NCBI GenBank assembly: GCA_963762655.1
Contig: CAVXLU010000005.1
Location: 2,062,760 to 2,126,759, forward strand
Direction: 5' to 3'
Origin: an uncultured Chitinophagaceae bacterium
GTDB lineage: Bacteria > Bacteroidota > Bacteroidia > Chitinophagales > Chitinophagaceae
DNA: 64,000 bases
A program made the translations under genes and the position numbers. Shown in pieces: positions 53,706-61,576 of the stretch. The notes beneath the pieces are model-generated. The model was not told the origin of the DNA, did no database searches, and worked only from the letters and a program-made list of their open reading frames with translations. Within the stretch, counting starts at the first letter, position 1. Every line of letters starts with the position of its first letter.

Positions 53706-55613
53706 TTACCTGCCAGGCAATAATAACCCCTGGTCCGTTCTACTGATCCTGTTTTCTGCTTCCAAAAAACGCAACACTTCCATCATCTTATGCCTGGGTG
53801 TGCCTCTCATGGTGGAGATGAGTTCCGTAACGGTCAGCGGCCTGGTGGTTAGATGAGCTAGTATGGTTTTGTGGATCAGTTCGAATTCGGCGGAGCTGGT
53901 GGCAGATTTGCGGGTCGAAAGACAGTTGTCACAGATGCCACAGGGTTTTATCTTACTGTCACCAAAATAATTTCCGATGAAAACGCTCCGGCATAATGTT
54001 GAAGGATATGCAAAGTCGATCATGGATTCCACTCTTCGCTGGAATTTCAGTTTCCTGCTTCGGTAATTTTCCATGTTAATATGAAGTTCGCCCGCGACGG
54101 TTCGGTTGTGCATCAGGTAAAGCTGTGGTTTTTCCTTCTGGGGGCTGTATTGCACTAATCCTTGTTTGTTAAGATCGAACAGCTGTTTGTACAAGTCATC
54201 AGTGCGGCAACGTAGCAAGAAGGCAAGCTGACCCTCAAAGATATTCACCGGCTGATCGAATATTCCCGAATAGGTTCTCAGCAAGGTCTTGATCAGATGT
54301 TCACCAGTCGGATTGATTTCCCCTAGTGTGTCCAGCGATTCCCTGCTGGCGGTAACCTGCAATTTCGCGGGGCTGAATACCTGTTCGTTCAGCGCCAGTA
54401 GTTCCTCCTGTTCAAAACAGCGAAGTGCGGCGGCGGTGGTGACCTGGTCTATCCCAAATTGCTTAACAAAAGAATGAAGGTCGAAATCATAGGAGGAGCC
54501 TTCACCGTATCCGGAAGGGATCTGGAGAAAATTCATCAGCGCGCCATAGATCCTTCTCAATTCATCCAATTGGGGAAAGCGTTGGTTCGGCAGGGTCTTC
54601 AAAGCTTCTATTTCTTCATCGTCATAAAGCAGTACCGCGTATGATTTTTTGCCGTCACGACCCGCGCGACCCGCTTCCTGGTAATAGTTTTCCAGGCAGT
54701 CGGGTGTGTCAGCATGTATTACAAAACGGACATTCGATTTGTCGATACCCATCCCAAAGGCATTTGTGCTCACGATGATCCTGACTTCATCGCGCTGCCA
54801 GGCTTCCTGTTTTGCGGACCTTTCCAATGCGGTTAACCCTGCATGGTAGTATGCAGCCGGTATGCCGTGTTTGTTCAGGAGGTCACTGATCTCACGGGTA
54901 CGCCTTCGGCTTTTGCAATACACGATACCCGTTCCCGGAACCTTTGAAACAATGTCGAGGATCTTGTTAATTCTCGAAGGCACTGAGAAGGCGCTGAACG
55001 ACAGATTTGGCCGGGAAAAAGATTGGAGAAAGGTGCGCGGATTCCGGAACATTAATTTCTGCCTGATGTCTTCCTGTACTTCTTCTGTAGCAGAGGCCGT
55101 CAGGGCAAGCACCGGAATGCCGGGGAGTTCGCTGCGCAGCTCGGCAATTTTCAGGTAAGCGGGCCGGAAGTCATATCCCCATTGGGAGATACAATGGGCT
55201 TCATCCACCGCAATGAGGTTAATCCCCAGTGATGGAAGATATTCCTGGAACAAACTAGTCCCGAGCCTTTCCGGAGATACGTATAAGAACTTACAGTTGC
55301 TTTCACCAGCCGCCTTAAGCGTGCTGACAACTTCCTTCCGGTTCATGCCGGAATGAATGGAAAAAGCGGTAATGTTTTTTTTGCGGAGATTTTCCACCTG
55401 GTCCTTCATCAATGCAATAAGCGGGCTGATAACCAGGCAGAGCCCAGGCAGGATCAGCCCCGGTACCTGAAAACATGCAGATTTCCCACCACCCGTGGGT
55501 AAAAGTGCAAGTGTGTCCTCTCCGGCCAGCACGGCATCAATGATGGATTCCTGTACAGGCCGAAAGAAATCATGCTTCCAGTATTCTTTTAATATAAAAA
55601 GTTTGCGGTCCAA
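53706..55613 (-). CDS. recQ: ATP-dependent DNA helicase RecQ family
   Basis: 635 aa with a TTG start. Contains PTGGGKS, VDEAHCISQWGYDFRP, an RQC zinc-binding cysteine cluster (CRSVFIGNYFGD...CGICDNC) and a C-terminal HRDC-like region. Confidence 0.9.
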   Translation of the reverse strand: MDRKLFILKEYWKHDFFRPVQESIIDAVLAGEDTLALLPTGGGKSACFQVPGLILPGLCLVISPLIALMKDQVENLRKKNITAFSIHSGMNRKEVVSTLKAAGESNCKFLYVSPERLGTSLFQEYLPSLGINLIAVDEAHCISQWGYDFRPAYLKIAELRSELPGIPVLALTASATEEVQEDIRQKLMFRNPRTFLQSFSRPNLSFSAFSVPSRINKILDIVSKVPGTGIVYCKSRRRTREISDLLNKHGIPAAYYHAGLTALERSAKQEAWQRDEVRIIVSTNAFGMGIDKSNVRFVIHADTPDCLENYYQEAGRAGRDGKKSYAVLLYDDEEIEALKTLPNQRFPQLDELRRIYGALMNFLQIPSGYGEGSSYDFDLHSFVKQFGIDQVTTAAALRCFEQEELLALNEQVFSPAKLQVTASRESLDTLGEINPTGEHLIKTLLRTYSGIFDQPVNIFEGQLAFLLRCRTDDLYKQLFDLNKQGLVQYSPQKEKPQLYLMHNRTVAGELHINMENYRSRKLKFQRRVESMIDFAYPSTLCRSVFIGNYFGDSKIKPCGICDNCLSTRKSATSSAEFELIHKTILAHLTTRPLTVTELISTMRGTPRHKMMEVLRFLEAENRISRTDQGLLLPGR

Positions 55614-55621
55614 ATGTTAAA

Positions 55622-57742
55622 TCAGATCACTTTTTTTGCGCGCAGTCTTACAGAATTGATACCGAGAACTACGTCGCTTAAACCCATGACCAGCGCGCCG
55701 AAAGCCGGTGTCAGCAACCCGATGGCAGCAACAGGTATGGCCACGACATTGTAAAGGAAAGCCCAGAAGAGGTTTTGTTTAATTGTGATGTAGGTGTGTC
55801 GACCGAGTCCCATAGAGAGCGGCAGATGCGAGAGTCCCCCACCGAGAAGCACCACGTCGGCGGTCTGCACTGCGAGATCTGAAGCTTCGCTAAGTGAGAT
55901 CCCAATGGTCGCCTTTGCGAGCGCGGGTGCGTCGTTGATGCCATCACCAATCATCACGGTCGGCGCTATGGCATTTAGTTTGATGATCCTTTCAAGTTTC
56001 TGGTGAGGGTCCTGGTCACTGTGAATTTCATCAATTCCCAGCTGCTTACCGATCCTCTCAACTGCCGCACTGTTGTCTCCGCTGAGGAGGATGGTTTTAA
56101 TGCCGTTTACCTGGAAATAATCGATCACTTGCCGGGCTTCGGCGCGGATTTCATCTTGCATATCGATCCAGCCGATCAGTACGTTGTTTCGGGTTACATA
56201 AATATTGTGGGTGGCTTCCACGGGTGGACGGTTCACCATCTGGTATGAACCCGCCTGGTAGTGTTCGCCCTCGCGGCTGAGGCCCCACATTCCGAGCCCT
56301 TTGATCTCTTCCACCGTTTTCCAGCGAATCTCGTCCCGGCGTTTCCAGTGATCGGTGATGGATCGGGCGAGTGGGTGGGTGGAATATTTTTCCAGTGAGT
56401 ACACTATCCGCTGGAACTCCGGCTCTGACATGGCGGGATCGAGTATTTTGAATTTTTCAATTACAAATGCACCGGTGGTGAGTGTTCCGGTTTTGTCGAA
56501 TACCACCTGCCGGATGGTATTGAAGAGTTCAAGCGTTTTTGCATTCCGGAAGAGAATCCCATTTCGGGCGGCCCTGCCAAGACCAACGGCAATAGCAGCG
56601 GGCGTGGCCAGCCCCATCGCACAGGGGCAGGCGATTACCAGCACCGCAATCGCCCGCATGAGAGAAGGAGGGATGCTGCCTATGACAAAAAGATTGATGA
56701 TGAAGGTGAGCAGGGACAGGCCCAGCACAACTGGTACAAAGATGCTGCTGATCTTGTCTGCGAGCTGCTGAACAGGTGGTTTTTCACCCTGCGCCGTCGT
56801 GACCAGACCGATGATCTTCGCGAGCACGGAGTCTTTCCCCGCCGCCGTAACCTGCGCTTTTACATTTCCATCGATCAACAGACTGCCGCCGATGAGTTTC
56901 TCTTTCATTTTTTTTTGCACCGGCAGAGATTCGCCGGTGATCAGCGATTCATTCACACTAGCATTGCCGGTGAGGATTTTGCAGTCGGCAGGAACCTGTT
57001 CACCCGACCGGATGAGGATGAGGTCGCCACTGCGGAGTTGTTCATTGTCCACGGGCAGAATGATCTCTTCATGGGCTTCGTTGAAGGCGATCATGTTGGC
57101 GATCACTTTCTGCGAACGCACCAGTGTATCCAGTGATTTCCGGGTCGATTGGATGGCCGAATCTTCAAGGTAGTTCCCAAAGAATACCAGGGTGATTATG
57201 GATGCAGTGGTTTCAAAAAAAAGATACTCATGACCCATGCCCATTAGGAGTCCGGAGAGACTGTAAACAAAGGCAGAGAGGGCGCCAATGCTTACCAGCA
57301 CATTCATGTTGGGAAAACCATTGCGCAGACTGTTAATGGCACTGCGCCCGAAGAAGTCCATGCCTACTACCAGCACCGGCACGGTGAGTGCGAATTGCAC
57401 CCAGGGGTTCATGAGGATGGGCACCGGCACCCACCGGTTAAGCATATGCAGCATCAACGGGAGCGTGAATACGGCACAGAAAAGAAAGCGTTGAACGTGA
57501 TTTTGGAAGAGCTTCTTTTTTTTGACAGCCGACATTCCCTGTAAGGGATTGACTGAAAAACCCAGTGCTTCGACCCCTTTTTTAAGCTGAGGCTGATCAT
57601 TCACATCAGTGTCAAACACCACATCTCCGCTGAGGAGGTTGACCTTCACATTCTGTTTGCCCTTTTTTTCCAGGAATTTGGTGACAGTAAGGGAACAGTT
57701 GGAACAGGTCATTCCTTCTACTTTCCAATACGTTCTTTCCAT
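55622..57742 (-). CDS. heavy-metal (Cu-type) translocating P1B-type ATPase
   Basis: 706 aa with an N-terminal HMA domain (GMTCSNCSLTV), a CPC motif (ACPCAMGLATP), FDKTGTLT and GDGINDAPAL. Confidence 0.9.
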   Translation of the reverse strand: MERTYWKVEGMTCSNCSLTVTKFLEKKGKQNVKVNLLSGDVVFDTDVNDQPQLKKGVEALGFSVNPLQGMSAVKKKKLFQNHVQRFLFCAVFTLPLMLHMLNRWVPVPILMNPWVQFALTVPVLVVGMDFFGRSAINSLRNGFPNMNVLVSIGALSAFVYSLSGLLMGMGHEYLFFETTASIITLVFFGNYLEDSAIQSTRKSLDTLVRSQKVIANMIAFNEAHEEIILPVDNEQLRSGDLILIRSGEQVPADCKILTGNASVNESLITGESLPVQKKMKEKLIGGSLLIDGNVKAQVTAAGKDSVLAKIIGLVTTAQGEKPPVQQLADKISSIFVPVVLGLSLLTFIINLFVIGSIPPSLMRAIAVLVIACPCAMGLATPAAIAVGLGRAARNGILFRNAKTLELFNTIRQVVFDKTGTLTTGAFVIEKFKILDPAMSEPEFQRIVYSLEKYSTHPLARSITDHWKRRDEIRWKTVEEIKGLGMWGLSREGEHYQAGSYQMVNRPPVEATHNIYVTRNNVLIGWIDMQDEIRAEARQVIDYFQVNGIKTILLSGDNSAAVERIGKQLGIDEIHSDQDPHQKLERIIKLNAIAPTVMIGDGINDAPALAKATIGISLSEASDLAVQTADVVLLGGGLSHLPLSMGLGRHTYITIKQNLFWAFLYNVVAIPVAAIGLLTPAFGALVMGLSDVVLGINSVRLRAKKVI

Positions 57743-57746
57743 GCTG

Positions 57747-57754
57747 CAAATTTA
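57747..57754 (-). promoter_or_regulatory. candidate -7 promoter element TAAATTTG only 4 nt from the ATPase start codon
   Basis: Plus strand reads CAAATTTA. The minus-strand ATG occupies 57742-57740. Confidence 0.35.
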
Positions 57755-57866
57755 CTCAATATCCTGCGGAGGGAAAAGGGGTAATATGTCAACACGGTTG
57801 CATTTCACCGCCCACCTACCGTTGAAAAACTTTTTCAGCGCGCTGATCCCCAGTTATCTTTGGGAG

Positions 57867-58283
57867 ATGGAATTGGTGTTCATGAAAGCAGAAATCCATC
57901 AGGCGGCCAAAGTTTTCCTGTCGAAACTTGGGGATTCACGCGTATTTGCATTCAACGGCGACCTGGGCGCGGGCAAGACGACCTTCATCCAGGCAATCTG
58001 CCGGGAGCTCGGTGTGAAAACTACCATGAGCAGCCCCACATTTTCCATTATCAATGAGTACGCACTCGATGATGAAAGGGTCTATCATATTGACCTCTAC
58101 CGCTGCCGGTTTGAAGAAGAGGTAGTCAGGGCTGGAGTGGAGGAATGCCTGTATTCAGGCCACAGGTGCTTTGTTGAATGGCCGGCGATTGCCAGGGCCA
58201 TATTTCCATCAGACACCTGTTTTCTTGAGCTTGACGTGTTGGATGCACAGACCCGCCAGTTATCACTGTCCACGCCGGACTGA
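57867..58283 (+). CDS. tsaE: tRNA t6A37 biosynthesis ATPase TsaE
   Basis: ORF 57609..58283. The ATG at 57867 gives a 138-aa protein with the P-loop GDLGAGKTTF and the HIDLYR motif. Confidence 0.85.
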   Translation: MELVFMKAEIHQAAKVFLSKLGDSRVFAFNGDLGAGKTTFIQAICRELGVKTTMSSPTFSIINEYALDDERVYHIDLYRCRFEEEVVRAGVEECLYSGHRCFVEWPAIARAIFPSDTCFLELDVLDAQTRQLSLSTPD

Positions 58284-58379
58284 GTTTTATCTTCGTTCGC
58301 TACTGCGGGAAATGATCTGTGGACGGGTCTCGAATAAGACAATTGTAAATCGTAAATTGCCAGGCAATCAACACCAGCC

Positions 58380-59595
58380 ATGTCGCAGTCTAAACCGCAT
58401 ATTAGTACTTCCTTTAGTTATGAAACCCTGGAAGAAACCCTTGATGTGAAGCCGAAGGGTACTCATCTGCATATAGGTATTCCGAAGGAGACTGCTTTTC
58501 AGGAAAACCGTATCGCTCTGACACCCGATGCCGTGGGAGTGTTGGTAAGCAATGGCCACCATGTTGTAATTGAACACAATGCAGGCGAGCCCACGCACTT
58601 TCGCGACAAAGACTACAGCGAGGCGGGGGCAAAGATCGTCTACGACAAGGCCGAAGTGTTCAAATCGCCAATCCTGGTCAAATCTGCCCCTGTGGTAGAT
58701 GAGGACATTCCCTTCCTGCAACTGAATCAGCAGATATTTTCTCCAATACACATGTCCGTTATGAAGGCTTCTCTCCTGGAAAAAATGATGGAGAAGAAGA
58801 TCACGGCGGTGTCTTTTGAATCGTTAAGGGATGATTCGGGCACTTACCCGATTGTTCGGAGCATGAGTGAGATCGCCGGCAGTGCCGTGATGCTGATCGC
58901 GGCCCAGTACCTCGGATCGGCCAACCATGGAAAAGGTGTTCTCCTTGGGGGCATATCCGGTATTCCGCCAACCAAGGTCATCATCCTCGGAGCCGGGATT
59001 GTGGGTGAGTACGCGGCACGGGCCGCGCTTGCGCTCGGCGCATCGGTCAAGGTTTTTGATAACAGCGTATATCGTTTAAAAAGACTGCAGAACAATATCG
59101 GTCATCGTCTTTGGACCTCCGTACTTGAGCCGAGGATCCTTTCGAAACAACTCAAGACATGTGAAGTGGCCGTCGGCGCACTGAGCGCCCCAAGCGGGCG
59201 TACCCCGGTGGTAGCGACGGAGGAAATGGTCAGCAACATGCGTCCCGGCTCCGTGATCATAGATGTGAGTGTGGACAGGGGCGGTTGTTTTGAAACCGCC
59301 GAAATCACTACCCACGAACATCCCATTTTCATGAAATATGGAGTGATCCATTATTGTGTGCCCAATATTCCATCTGGTTTTGCAAGGACGGCCTCTCAGG
59401 CCATAAGCAGCGTGCTGATGCCACTTGTTCCTGCAGGCGGGTGACGAGGGTGGGTTTGAAAACCTGATCTGGCACAAGGTAAACCTGAGATCGGGAGTTT
59501 ATCTGTTCAAAGGATCGCTTACCAATTTTTATCTCAGCCAGCGCTTCGATCTCAAATACACGGATTTGAATTTGTTGATTGCGAGTAAGCGATGA
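58380..59595 (+). pseudogene. ald: alanine dehydrogenase interrupted by a +1 frameshift near the 3' end
   Basis: Frame A (58380-59426) contains IGIPKETAFQENRIALTP and the NAD-binding motif VIILGAGIVGEYAA. Frame B from 59428 continues FLQAGDEGGFENLIWHKVNLRSGVYLFKGSLTN...DLNLLIASKR* to the stop at 59593-59595. One extra base (G at 59427) separates them. Confidence 0.8.
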
Positions 59596-59597
59596 GA

Positions 59598-60128
59598 CTT
59601 CTGCTTTTTTTTCTTGATAAAAAAAAGCGGGCAAAAAAAATCAAGGCTCACATTGGAAAGACTGAAAATCGCCTCTCCGGGCTGAAGAAAAACAAGTCAC
59701 AACATTTGAATATAACCGGGCTTCAGTAGGACTTACCAGCAAAGAATATTTCCCAACCACAGTAACATTTGTTTCTTCTTCTACGCCCTTCGATGCGATT
59801 TTCTTAACGTCTTTCCAATGTATGCCTGGCAGCAAATCAGAGCGGAGAGCGCTTCGCGTACTTCATTTTTCTCTTTCTGGTTCTTGTATTGCGCCTTCAG
59901 AATAAGGCCGGGCCGAAGCCACGCGAAGGCAAAATTTTCAAGTGCCGCGGAAAACGGCGAAGATGTGGATTGAAAATATAAAGACGATAGTTGCAACTGC
60001 AGAACAGAATTACTTCAGCCGATCGGAGCATTCCTTCGCCGTAGCGGCGCGCGGAAAATTTTAGGGCTTATTCTGACAGCGCCGGATTTTTTTTGCCTAC
60101 TTTTTTTTATAAAAAAAAGTAGGTCAAG
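59598..60128. repeat. ~530-bp non-coding block bounded by inverted T8/A8 palindromes (MITE/foldback-like element D)
   Basis: Left end is GC-T8-CTTGAT-A8-GC-GGGC-A8 (59603-59640). Right end is T8-GCCTAC-T8-AT-A8-GTAGG (60087-60123), whose reverse complement is CCTAC-T8-AT-A8-GTAGG-C-A8, the same architecture inverted. The interior shares k-mers with the repeats at 7.9 kb, 32.0 kb and the IS flanks. Confidence 0.45.
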
Positions 60129-60166
60129 TTTCCTCTTTCCCAAAGAGAAAAAAAAGAAAGAAGAGT

Positions 60167-60781
60167 CTAAATCTTAAAATCCTTCATCTCCACAACCTCC
60201 CTGCAAAACCCATACTCCTGGGGGTCATTGGAACTGACGATCACCAGCCTGTCCTGACCATATTCTTCAATGAGTTGGTGATACATGGCGATCCCTTGCT
60301 CATCGAGGTTTGTGCAGGGTTCGTCAAGCAACAGCGTATCTGTATCGGAAAATATCGCCTGGGCAAGTTTCACCCGCTGTTTCATGCCTGATGAAAAATA
60401 CCTGATCTGTTTTGCCGTAGCGCCATGGAGGCCCACCAATTTAACCACCTGATCAACGGGACGCCGCAGTGGTTTGAAAGTCTGGTGAAAATGGAAGAAC
60501 TCAATCAAAGTCATTTCTTCAATCACTTCAAGATATGGAGCGGCGATAGACAGACTGCGGTAGGCACGATCGGTTTCTATCTGCTTCTCCTGCGCCCAAT
60601 AACCAATTGCTCCTTCGCTGGGGGTAATCGCACCGGCTATCACCTGCAAAAGAGTGGATTTCCCCGAGCCGTTCGGCCCGGTGATGGCATATGAACTGCC
60701 AGCCTCAAATACGAGGCTGAGGTGACGGAATATCCAGTCGCGATTGAATCTTTTTCCTGTATCAGAAAGTGTAATCCGCAT
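60167..60781 (-). CDS. ABC transporter ATP-binding protein
   Basis: ORF 60167..60841. The ATG at 60781 gives MRITLSDTGKRF.... Contains Walker A GPNGSGKSTLLQ, signature SSGMKQR and Walker B LLLDEP. Confidence 0.85.
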   Translation of the reverse strand: MRITLSDTGKRFNRDWIFRHLSLVFEAGSSYAITGPNGSGKSTLLQVIAGAITPSEGAIGYWAQEKQIETDRAYRSLSIAAPYLEVIEEMTLIEFFHFHQTFKPLRRPVDQVVKLVGLHGATAKQIRYFSSGMKQRVKLAQAIFSDTDTLLLDEPCTNLDEQGIAMYHQLIEEYGQDRLVIVSSNDPQEYGFCREVVEMKDFKI

Positions 60782-61568
60782 CACTGGCTGTTTTGGAAGG
60801 GCGCTTGATGATGCCGGTTTTTGAGGTATTGATGAAAGCAAGTATCTGATCCTTTATTTCGCTCGAAGCAAAATTGGTTTCAATCTGTTGAACTGCGGCG
60901 GAAGTGGTGTGCTTCTCAACATACAGGGTGTGGTAAATATTGGCGATCTCATTGATCTTTTCCCGGCTGTATCCTCTTCTGTTCAGGCCGACGATGTTCA
61001 CCCCCATATAACTTAGGGGTTCACGCGCCGCCTTGATAAAAGGAGGTACGTCCTTTCTCACAACGGTGTGCCCTGCAATATAGGTGTGCTCGCCGATGTG
61101 TACGAACTGGTGGGCGCCTGCCAGGCCGCTCAATATGGCATAGTTGTCGACCGTCACATGTCCCGCCAGTTGAACGGCATTACCCAGGATCACGTAGTTT
61201 CCAAGAATGCAGTCGTGGGCAACATGTGAATAGGCCATCAAAAGGCAATTACTGCCGATGACAGTTTTCCAGCGGTCCTGCGTGCCACGGTTAACCGTTA
61301 CGCATTCCCTGATCGTGGTGTGATCGCCGATCTCTACTGTGGTTTCCTCACCTACAAATTTCAGGTCCTGGGGAATGGCGCCGATCACAGCTCCCGGAAA
61401 GATGGTACAATGGCTGCCGATGATAGTATTCTCCGCTATCACGGCATTGGACATGACATGGGTATGATTTCCGATCGTAACATTATTCTGAATTACAGCG
61501 AAGGGATCGATGATTACCTCATTGCCGAGTTTTGCATTGGGATGGATATATGCAAGCGGACTGATCAT
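60762..61568 (-). CDS. lpxA: acyl-ACP--UDP-N-acetylglucosamine O-acyltransferase LpxA
   Basis: 268 aa with left-handed beta-helix hexapeptide repeats and an LpxA-type C-terminal helical domain. It lies in the lipid A gene cluster. Confidence 0.9.
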   Translation of the reverse strand: MISPLAYIHPNAKLGNEVIIDPFAVIQNNVTIGNHTHVMSNAVIAENTIIGSHCTIFPGAVIGAIPQDLKFVGEETTVEIGDHTTIRECVTVNRGTQDRWKTVIGSNCLLMAYSHVAHDCILGNYVILGNAVQLAGHVTVDNYAILSGLAGAHQFVHIGEHTYIAGHTVVRKDVPPFIKAAREPLSYMGVNIVGLNRRGYSREKINEIANIYHTLYVEKHTTSAAVQQIETNFASSEIKDQILAFINTSKTGIIKRPSKTASDADYTF

Positions 61569-61576
61569 ATAATTCG

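Noticed and set aside
52146-55613. DUF853/HerA-like ATPase next to RecQ as a possible phage-defence module.
   Set aside because: The two genes are convergent, each resembles the widespread housekeeping YjgR and RecQ families, and no nuclease, Sir2, TIR or other effector gene is adjacent. The neighbours are core genes (ruvB, tsaE, ald, lpx).
59641-59996. Minus-strand ORFs 59641..59835 (64 aa) and 59781..59996 (71 aa) inside element D.
   Set aside because: They have no promoter or RBS-like context and no recognisable domains. They overlap each other in different frames and run through repeat motifs, so they are most likely fortuitous.
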